Shown in pieces: positions 55,483-64,000 of a stretch of DNA of 64,000 bases (the first letter of the stretch is position 1; the number at the start of each line of letters is the position of its first letter). The stretch lies in the NCBI GenBank assembly GCA_964016885.1, contig OZ024740.1:98828001-98892000 (forward strand). The letters run 5' to 3'. A model generated the notes under the pieces. It was not told the DNA's origin, searched no databases, and saw nothing but the letters and a program-made list of their open reading frames with translations. The DNA comes from Eledone cirrhosa. Taxonomy: Eukaryota. Position numbers and translations under genes: made by a program.

Positions 55483-58400
55483 TAGGAAGGGCATCCAACC
55501 AGTGTATCAATTCCAAAACGCTTATCAGCACAGCAACAGATGGGAACAACAACAAAATATGAAGACGTCGCATCTCAGAGTTGCAACACTTAATGTTGGC
55601 ACTCTCAGAGGTAGATCTGCTGAAATAGCGGAGATGCTGGAGACAAGGCAGGTGGATGTGTGCTGCGTGCAAGAGGTGAGATGGAGAGGTGCCTCTGCGA
55701 GACTAGTCGTAGGCAAACGTCTTAGCTATAAGCTATTCTGGGTAGGTAAGGATGATGGGTTAGGGGCAGTAGGCATTTTCCTGGCTGAGAAAAGGATCAA
55801 TAAGACAGAGGTAGTTCGAGTTAGTAATCAAATAATTAAGCTTAGATTAGTTGTAGGTAGGAGACTACTGACAATCATCTCGGCCTATGCTCCCCAGACA
55901 GGCCTAGGCAAAGATGAGAAAGACTGCTTTTATGAGCAACTTTTGCAAACAACCGCAATGACAGAGAACGGAGACATCGTTATGCTAGCAGGAGACTTCA
56001 ATGGTCATGTTGGACAGCTCCAGGATGGTTACACTGGGGTACATGGTGGGCACGGTTACGGTTCAAGAAATGAAGAAGGAGTGAGACTTCTTGAATTTTG
56101 TGATGCAGGTACATTGACTATTTGCAACACAAACTTCCAGAAACCTGCCGATCAGCTAATAACCTACAAATCTGGTGAGCACATAAGCCAGATTGACTTA
56201 ATACTAGTTAGGCAGCGGGACAGGCAGATAGTGTCTAATACCAAGGCATACCCTGGGGAAGAATGTACCCCCACAGCATAGGTTAGTTGTTAGTGATATC
56301 TCAGTAGGCAAGAGATGGAATGAGACATATAGCAAGGTGTGGAGAAGAAAGGTCTGGAAGCTAAAAGACCTTTCACTAAAATACACATTTAGGAAAGCCC
56401 TTCAAGATGTATATAACGAAAAAGAAGACGATTTAGAGACGTATGACAGATAATAACTGGAATTTCTTACGTGACAACTTGCTGCAGGCTACTGATGAAA
56501 CTTGTGGCTGGAGCAGAGCTCCAACCAGACAGAGAGTGACCTGGTGGTGGAACAGCACAGTAGATAAGGCTATTAGAGACAAAAGACTAGCATGGAAGGC
56601 TTGGAAAAAGGGTGGGAGTAGGGAAGAATATACATCCACTAAGAGAGAAGCTAGACGTCAGGTGCACTTAGCACGCAGTGAGGCAGAGAGTAGGAGGTTT
56701 CCCAATATTTTGCGACGGGTAGATCAGATGCGTGCGGTGTTCCACATTGCAAGGCAGTGTGTCAATGCAAATCAGGATGTTGTTGGAGATAAATATGTCC
56801 GAGATGATGCCGGTGTACTTAGTGTCACGAATGATCAAAAAAAGGAGGCCTGGAAGTGTCATTATGAGAGACTGATGAATGTGGAGAACAAATGGGAGAG
56901 AGAGAAATTACCCTTGGTAGATCCGACAGAGGGACCAGCTATTGAGATTGACGAATATATGGTCCAAGAGGCGATTAGGGAAATGAAAAATGGTAAGGCT
57001 GCCAGACCATCGGGAATAGTTGCTGAGATGCTGAAGGCATCAGGGGACGTGGGCACTAAACTGGTTGTACGCATCATCAATTAGGCTATATTTGGTGGTG
57101 TCATACCCAAAGACTGGTGCAGCAGCATTCTCATAAATTGCTACAAAGGTAAAGGGGATGCTTTAGAGAGGAGCAATTACAGGGGTATAAAACTGATAGA
57201 TCAGGTTATGAAAGTGGCAGAAAGGATTTTAATTAGAGAAAGGCAGAAAGGATTTTAATTAGAGAAAGGGTCAAACAAGATGAGATGCAGTTTGGTTTTG
57301 TGCCTGGGAAGAGTACAACAGATGCCCTCTTTTTGGTGAGACAATTGCAAGAGAGGTTCTTAGAGAAGAATAAGCCACTATACTTAGCCTTTGTTGACCT
57401 AGAGAAGGCCTTTGATAGGGTACCCCGATCTGTCATCTGGTGGTCCCTAAGGAAGCTAGGTGTCGAGGAATGGCTTGTGAGGACAGTGCAAGCTTTGTAC
57501 AGAGGTACTCTCAGTAAATTCCGGGTAGGAATGGAGTATAGTGAGGAATTCCAGATACATGTAGGTGTACATCAGGGTTCGGTCCTCAGCCCGCTCTTGT
57601 TCATTATAGTCCTCCAAGCCATAACAGAGGAGTTTAAGACGGGCTGTCCATGGGAACTTCTCTATGCTGACGATCTGGTTCTTATAGCAGAATCAGTAGA
57701 GGAGCTAGAGAATAAATTCTGGCTATGGAAACAGCAGTTGGAAGCAAGAGGACTGAGAGTGAATCTAGCTAAGACAAAAGTGTTGATGAGTAGAAAAGAG
57801 GACAAAACCCTGATTCCATCAGGGAAATGGCCATGTCCGATATGCAGAAAAGGAACTGGCATAAATTCTATAAAATGCACACAATGCAGATCCTGAGTAC
57901 ACAAGATATGTAGCGGGATAGCAGGCACACTAACAGGTAGGGAGAAATATGTATGCAGTAGATGTACAGGGAAATTAGACAGTAGAAGTCGCATTGATAG
58001 ACACATTTTTCAAATGCAGGAGGGTGCTATAGAAGTGGTGGATAGTTTCCGGTACCTAGGAGATCAGATTAGCATTGGAGGAGAGTGTTCCGAGGCCATA
58101 CTATCTAGAATAAGGACGGGTTGGAAGAAGTTTAGGGAGTTTAGTGCTGCTTCCTCTGTTGACGAAGAAGGGTTTCTCCCTGCGTACGAAAGGCCGGTTG
58201 TATGATGCCTGTGTGAGGAGCGCGATGTTGCATGGTAGTGAGATATGGGCAGCAACTGCAGAGGATATGCGACGGCTGGAGAGAAATGACGCAAGCATGC
58301 TCCGTTGGATGTGCAGTGTAAACGTGCGTGAACGACCCAGCATAAATGTGTTGAGAGAGAAACTGTCTGAGAGGGATAGAATGTAGTGTACGGGAGAGGA

Positions 58401-58654
58401 GACTGAGGTGGTATGGACATGTGATGCACATGGAGGATGAACGATGGGTGAAGAAGTGCCAGGAATTGCCAGTTGAAGGAAGACGTGGTAGAGGTAGACC
58501 ACGAAAAACATGGGCGGAGGTGGTGAGAACAGACCTCAGATCATTGAAGCTGACGGTGGAGATGATGAGGGACCGTGACGAGTGGAGAGATGCTGTGCTG
58601 AATAAGACGCGTCCCACCCTTGCAAGCAGGGAAAAGCGGACGATGATGATGATG
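55483..58654 (+). mobile_element. Near full-length RTE-clade LINE, family C (APE endonuclease + RT + PHD finger), frameshifted
   Basis: APE motifs LRVATLNVGTL, CCVQEVRW, SAYAPQ, GDFNGHVG, SQIDLIL. RT motifs QFGFVPG, FVDLEKAFD, GVHQGSVLSP, LLYADD. C-terminal WYGHV..GRPRKTW. Short 3' UTR with stem-loop and (GAT)n. Confidence 0.95.
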
Positions 58655-58655
58655 T

Positions 58656-58934
58656 CTAAGTCTAAAGTCTGTCTTAAGCCAGAAGGCTCAATTGGCCGGT
58701 GCTTATCCTGGTTTCATGGCGTGAAGCGACTGTGAGTACAAGACTCCCCACTGGACAGGATGCCAGTCCATCGCAGGGTTAAGCCTCCAGCTATTACTGG
58801 TACTCATTTTTCAGCTGAGTGTACTGGAGCAATGAAGTGTTTTGATCAAGAACATAACACGCAACCCAGGAATCAAACCCACGACATTATGATCGTAAGT
58901 GCAACACTCTTACCACTAGGCCACGTGCCTCCAC
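58656..58934 (-). mobile_element. CORE-SINE
   Basis: Minus strand: GGAGGCACGTGGCCTAGTGGTAAGA (A box), GGTTTGATTCC (B box), CORE-like TTGATCAAAACACTT...CTCAGCTGAAAAATGAG. Confidence 0.8.
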
Positions 58935-58940
58935 TATGTA

Positions 58941-58994
<54 letters not shown>

Positions 58995-59154
58995 AATACA
59001 CATATATATATAAATATATATATATAAATACACATATATATATAAATATATATATAGAGATACTTATATAATATTACAATTTTATTTCTCTCCCTAGCAC
59101 AGCTGATACATAAATGTAAGTATGCACACATACACACAAATATATATACACACG

Positions 59155-59192
<38 letters not shown>

Positions 59193-59393
59193 TATGTACA
59201 CGTACATACATATATGTATACCGACGTACAGTAGTATGTATATATATATATATACATACATGCACACATATATATATGCACGTATGGATTCACCGAACAT
59301 TTATTATAATGCTCGGTGTGTTTGTAAACAAACATCCCGTATTAAGCCGTAGTGTCTAGCAACCACCGTTGCTCGTTTGTTCAACACTGACAA

Positions 59394-59450
59394 AGGAACG
59401 CTGTACTAGTTTCAAGCTTGTTAGCTATCGTCAGCAACGTATACCTTCCT
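59394..59450 (-). ncRNA. Type I hammerhead ribozyme (422-bp family), minus arm copy 1
   Basis: Minus strand: AGGAA-GGTATA-CGTTG-CTGACGA-T-AGCT-AACA-AGCT-T-GAAA-CTAG-TA-CAGCG-TTCCT. Confidence 0.9.
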
Positions 59451-59815
59451 GCCAGATTGTTGAACGTATATACTTACCTTATGCATATTAACGGCTGAGT
59501 AGCCCAATATGCATATCGAGTGGGTTAATCGGCCGGGTGCACCGAAAACGATAAACGGAAAAAATGAAACGATATTTCATTTCCCACTCTTAGTACGGCT
59601 GTTACTTAAATATAAGTATGTACACGTACATACATATATGTATACCGACGTACAGTAGTATGTATATATATATATACATACATGCACACATATATATATG
59701 CACGTATGGATTCACCGAACATTTATTATAATGCTCGGTGTGTTTGTAAACAAACATCCCGTATTAAGCCGTAGTGTCTAGCAACCACCGTTGCTCGTTT
59801 GTTCAACACTGACAA

Positions 59816-59872
59816 AGGAACGCTGTACTAGTTTCAAGCTTGTTAGCTATCGTCAGCAACGTATACCTTCCT
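59816..59872 (-). ncRNA. Type I hammerhead ribozyme (422-bp family), minus arm copy 2
   Basis: Identical motif. Confidence 0.9.
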
Positions 59873-60237
59873 GCCAGATTGTTGAACGTATATACTTACC
59901 TTATGCATATTAACGGCTGAGTAGCCCAATATGCATATCGAGTGGGTTAATCGGCCGGGTGCACCGAAAACGATAAACGGAAAAAATGAAACGATATTTC
60001 ATTTCCCACTCTTAGTACGGCTGTTACTTAAATATAAGTATGTACACGTACATACATATATGTATACCGACGTACAGTAGTATGTATATATATATATACA
60101 TACATGCACACATATATATATGCACGTATGGATTCACCGAACATTTATTATAATGCTCGGTGTGTTTGTAAACAAACATCCCGTATTAAGCCGTAGTGTC
60201 TAGCAACCACCGTTGCTCGTTTGTTCAACACTGACAA

Positions 60238-60294
60238 AGGAACGCTGTACTAGTTTCAAGCTTGTTAGCTATCGTCAGCAACGTATACCTTCCT
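60238..60294 (-). ncRNA. Type I hammerhead ribozyme (422-bp family), minus arm copy 3
   Basis: Identical motif. Confidence 0.9.
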
Positions 60295-60659
60295 GCCAGA
60301 TTGTTGAACGTATATACTTACCTTATGCATATTAACGGCTGAGTGGCCCAATATGCATATCGAGTGGGTTAATCGGCCGGGTGCACCGAAAACGATAAAC
60401 GGAAAAAATGAAACGATATTTCATTTCCCACTCTTAGTACGGCTGTTACTTAAATATAAGTATGTACACGTACATACATATATGTATACCGACGTACAGT
60501 AGTATGTATATATATATATACATACATGCACACATATATATATGCACGTATGGATTCACCGAACATTTATTATAATGCTCGGTGTGTTTGTAAACAAACA
60601 TCCCGTATTAAGCCGTAGTGTCTAGCAACAACCGTTGCTCGTTTGTTCAACACTGACAA

Positions 60660-60716
60660 AGGAACGCTGTACTAGTTTCAAGCTTGTTAGCTATCGTCAG
60701 CAACGTATACCTTCCT
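60660..60716 (-). ncRNA. Type I hammerhead ribozyme (422-bp family), minus arm copy 4
   Basis: Identical motif. Confidence 0.9.
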
Positions 60717-61084
60717 GCCAGATTGTTGAACGTATATACTTACCTTATGCATATTAACGGCTGAGTAGCCCAATATGCATATCGAGTGGGTTAATCGGCC
60801 GGGTGCACCGAAAACGATAAACGGAAAAAAATGAAACGATATTTCATTTCCCACTCTTAGTACGGCTGTTACTTAAATATAAGTATGTACACGTACATAC
60901 ATATATGTATACCGACGTACAGTAGTATGTATATATATATATACATACATGCACACATATATATATATGCACGTATGGATTCACCGAACATTTATTATAA
61001 TGCTCGGTGTGTTTGTAAACAAACATCCCGTATTAAGCCGTAGTGTCTAGCAACCACCGTTGCTCGTTTGTTCAACACTGACAA

Positions 61085-61141
61085 AGGAACGCTGTACTAG
61101 TTTCAAGCTTGTTAGCTATCGTCAGCAACGTATACCTTCCT
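61085..61141 (-). ncRNA. Type I hammerhead ribozyme (422-bp family), minus arm copy 5
   Basis: Identical motif. Confidence 0.9.
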
Positions 61142-61188
61142 GCCAGATTGTTGAACGTATATACTTACCTTACGTTCAACAATCTGGC

Positions 61189-61245
61189 AGGAAGGTATAC
61201 GTTGCTGACGATAGCTAACAAGCTTGAAACTAGTACAGCGTTCCT
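61189..61245 (+). ncRNA. Type I hammerhead ribozyme (422-bp family), plus arm copy 1
   Basis: Identical motif. Predicted cleavage after GUA, between 61235 and 61236. Confidence 0.9.
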
Positions 61246-61609
61246 TTGTCAGTGTTGAACAAACGAGCAACGGTGGTTGCTAGACACTACGGCTTAATAC
61301 GGGATGTTTGTTTACAAACACACCGAGCATTATAATAAATGTTCGGTGAATCCATACGTGCATATATATATGTGTGCATGTATGTATATATATATATACA
61401 TACTACTGTACGTCGGTATACATATATGTATGTACGTGTACATACTTATATTTAAGTAACAGCCGTACTAAGAGTGGGAAATGAAATATCGTTTCATTTT
61501 TTCCGTTTATCGTTTTCGGTGCACCCGGCCGATTAACCCACTCGATATGCATATTGTCTACTCAGCCGTTAATATGCATAAGGTAAGTATATACGTTCAA
61601 CAATCTGGC

Positions 61610-61666
61610 AGGAAGGTATACGTTGCTGACGATAGCTAACAAGCTTGAAACTAGTACAGCGTTCCT
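61610..61666 (+). ncRNA. Type I hammerhead ribozyme (422-bp family), plus arm copy 2
   Basis: Identical motif. Confidence 0.9.
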
Positions 61667-62031
61667 TTGTCAGTGTTGAACAAACGAGCAACGGTGGTTG
61701 CTAGACACTACGGCTTAATACGGGATGTTTGTTTACAAACACACCGAGCATTATAATAAATGTTCGGTGAATCCATACGTGCATATATATATGTGTGCAT
61801 GTATGTATATATATATATACATACTACTGTACGTCGGTATACATATATGTATGTACGTGTACATACTTATATTTAAGTAACAGCCGTACTAAGAGTGGGA
61901 AATGAAATATCGTTTCATTTTTTACGTTTATCGTTTTCGGTGCACCCGGCCGATTAACCCACTCGATATGCATATTGGGCTACTCAGCCGTTAATATGCA
62001 TAAGGTAAGTATATACGTTCAACAATCTGGC

Positions 62032-62088
62032 AGGAAGGTATACGTTGCTGACGATAGCTAACAAGCTTTAAACTAGTACAGCGTTCCT
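62032..62088 (+). ncRNA. Hammerhead motif, plus arm copy 3, core mutant (GAAA>TAAA)
   Basis: G>T at 62069 changes the invariant G12. Confidence 0.8.
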
Positions 62089-62455
62089 TTGTCAGTGTTG
62101 AACAAACGAGCAACGGTGGTTGCTAGACACTACGGCTTAATACGGGATGTTTGTTTACAAACACACCGAGCATTATAATAAATGTTCGGTGAATCCATAC
62201 GTGCATATATATATGTGTGCATGTATGTATATATATATATATACATACTACTGTACGTCGGTATACATATATGTATGTACGTGTACATACTTATATTTAA
62301 GTAACAGCCGTACTAAGAGTGGGAAATGAAATATCGTTTCATTTTTTCCGTTTATCGTTTTCGGTGCACCCGGCCGATTAACCCACTCGATATGCATATT
62401 GGGCTACTCAGCCGTTAATATGCATAAGGTAAGTATATACGTTCAACAATCTGGC

Positions 62456-62512
62456 AGGAAGGTATACGTTGCTGACGATAGCTAACAAGCTTGAAACTAG
62501 TACAGCGTTCCT
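62456..62512 (+). ncRNA. Type I hammerhead ribozyme (422-bp family), plus arm copy 4
   Basis: Identical motif. Confidence 0.9.
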
Positions 62513-62877
62513 TTGTCAGTGTTGAACAAACGAGCAACGGTGGTTGCTAGACACTACGGCTTAATACGGGATGTTTGTTTACAAACACACCGAGCATTAT
62601 AATAAATGTTCGGTGAATCCATACGTGCATATATATATGTGTGCATGTATGTATATATATATATACATACTACTGTACGTCGGTATACATATATGTATGT
62701 ACGTGTACATACTTATATTTAAGTAACAGCCGTACTAAGAGTGGGAAATGAAATATCGTTTCATTTTTTCCGTTTATCGTTTTCGGTGCACCCGGCCGAT
62801 TAACCCACTCGATATGCATATTGGGCTACTCAGCCGTTAATATGCATAAGGTAAGTATATACGTTCAACAATCTGGC

Positions 62878-62934
62878 AGGAAGGTATACGTTGCTGACGA
62901 TAGCTAACAAGCTTGAAACTAGTACAGCGTTCCT
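62878..62934 (+). ncRNA. Type I hammerhead ribozyme (422-bp family), plus arm copy 5
   Basis: Identical motif. Confidence 0.9.
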
Positions 62935-63195
62935 TTGTCAGTGTTGAACAAACGAGCAACGGTGGTTGCTAGACACTACGGCTTAATACGGGATGTTTGT
63001 TTACAAACACACCGAGCATTATAATAAATGTTCGGTGAATCCATACGTGCATATATATATGTGTGCATGTATGTATATATATATATACATACTACTGTAC
63101 GTCGGTATACATATATGTATGTACGTGTACATACTTATATTTAAGTAACAGCCGTACTAAGAGTGGGAAATGAAATATCGTTTCATTTTTTCCGT

Positions 63196-63231
<36 letters not shown>

Positions 63232-63537
63232 AAGTATGGGTTATATCCAACATTAATAATAATGTTCGATTTATTCGTAAACAAATGACCCGATTTGAAG
63301 CCGAGTGGCACAGCTTCAAATCGGGTCATTTGTTTACGAATGAATCAAACATTATTATTAATGTTCGATATAACCCATACGTACATATATATATCTATAT
63401 ATGTGTGTGTATGTATATATATATATATACATATGTGTGTATATATATTTGTGTGTACGTGTGCATACTTACATTTATGTATCAGCTGTGCTAGGGCGAG
63501 AAATAAAATTGTAATTTTATATAAGTATCTATATATA

Positions 63538-63870
63538 TCATCATCATTTCATTTTACGTCCGCTTTTTCCCTGCTTGCAAGGGTGGGACGGGAACTGATT
63601 TTAGCTTGATTTCTACAGCTGGGTGCCCTTCCTAACACCAACCTCATTTACAGTGAGTGCTCGGTGCTTTTTTGCGTGGCACCTCCACGACCACTTTGCA
63701 GTGGAATGATATAGACCCCGGTCGTATCATCTCACTTCTACAGCTGAGTAAACTGGAGCGATGTGAAATAAAGTGTCTTGCTCAAGGAAACAACACAACA
63801 CCCAATCTGAGAATTGAACTCACAACCTTTCGATTGCAAGGCCAATTCTCTAACCACTAAGCCATGTGTG
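63538..63870 (-). mobile_element. CORE-SINE (12075 family) carrying an RTE family C terminus
   Basis: Minus strand: TGGCTTAGTGGTTAGA (A box), GAGTTCAATTC (B box), CORE, body as in 12075-12380, then CGTCCCACCCTTGCAAGCAGGGAAAAAGCGGACG as in 58609-58642. Confidence 0.85.
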
Positions 63871-64000
63871 TGTTGAGACAGATATTGTTTGGGAGGGTCA
63901 CGTTGCCAATAAGAAACATATGCACCAGTTGCTTTCACTTCAATTTATTATAAATTAAATTTATAAATTTAGGAATTTATAAATTTCCAGTTGGTTGGTT

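Larger units (their letters stand above)
59185..63199. repeat. Palindromic tandem array of a ~422-bp HHR-containing unit (retrozyme-like): ~4.7 units minus, ~4.8 units plus
   Basis: CGTATGGATT at 59281, 59703, 60125, 60547, 60972. Inversion at 61160-61170. Plus-arm periods 421-424. Units differ by only a few bases. Confidence 0.97.
59051..63537. mobile_element. Older palindromic element related to the 422-bp family, split by the young array
   Basis: 59051-59160 plus 63234-63301 form the left arm. 63313-63537 is the reverse-complementary right arm. The sequence is a diverged homolog of part of the 422-bp unit. Confidence 0.8.

Noticed and set aside
61189-61610. Pol III (A/B box) promoter inside the 422-bp unit
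   Set aside because: No convincing A box/B box pair, and T-runs on the ribozyme-sense strand would terminate Pol III.
58934-62329. Repeated [23 protein letters not shown] in the 422-bp unit
   Set aside because: About 60 aa with a non-ATG start, runs through TA tracts whose length changes the frame between units, and resembles no domain I recognise.
59185-63199. Array as a CRISPR locus or as a pure assembly fold-back artefact
   Set aside because: Units are identical end to end with no variable spacers, in eukaryotic context. Arms end at different unit positions, private variants are not mirrored and the distal flanks differ, so a simple fold-back chimera is unlikely. Long reads are still needed.

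Overview
AT-rich, repeat-saturated animal genomic DNA. It is most likely an octopus or other cephalopod, inferred from the SINE types and very long (TA/TG)n tracts. I can recognise no host protein-coding exon. The long 'YIYI' ORFs are microsatellite artefacts. The window holds decayed retroelements: three families of RTE-clade LINEs (two with a PHD-type zinc finger inside the RT), a CRE-clade fragment, a deleted Gypsy LTR element, several Penelope-like elements (PLEs, including Nematis-type RT/GIY-YIG), tRNA-derived Meta-domain and CORE SINEs, and TTAA-flanked MITEs. The main result is a dense set of type I hammerhead ribozyme (HHR) motifs read directly from the sequence: 17 motifs in about 6 sequence families, 16 with an intact catalytic core. 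Most lie in non-coding 422-, 469- and 523-bp repeat units that look like non-autonomous retrozymes. The largest is a ~4-kb palindromic array at 59185-63199 (5 units with HHR on the minus strand, then 5 on the plus strand, inverted at 61160-61170), nested in an older palindromic relative. These insertions share one architecture: two arms with 3' ends pointing outward and fused to (AT)n. Coding PLE remnants in the window share it too. This suggests PLE-driven, (AT)n-targeted, twin-primed reverse transcription of circular or multimeric ribozyme RNAs. The mechanism is inference; the motifs and junctions are seen in the sequence.
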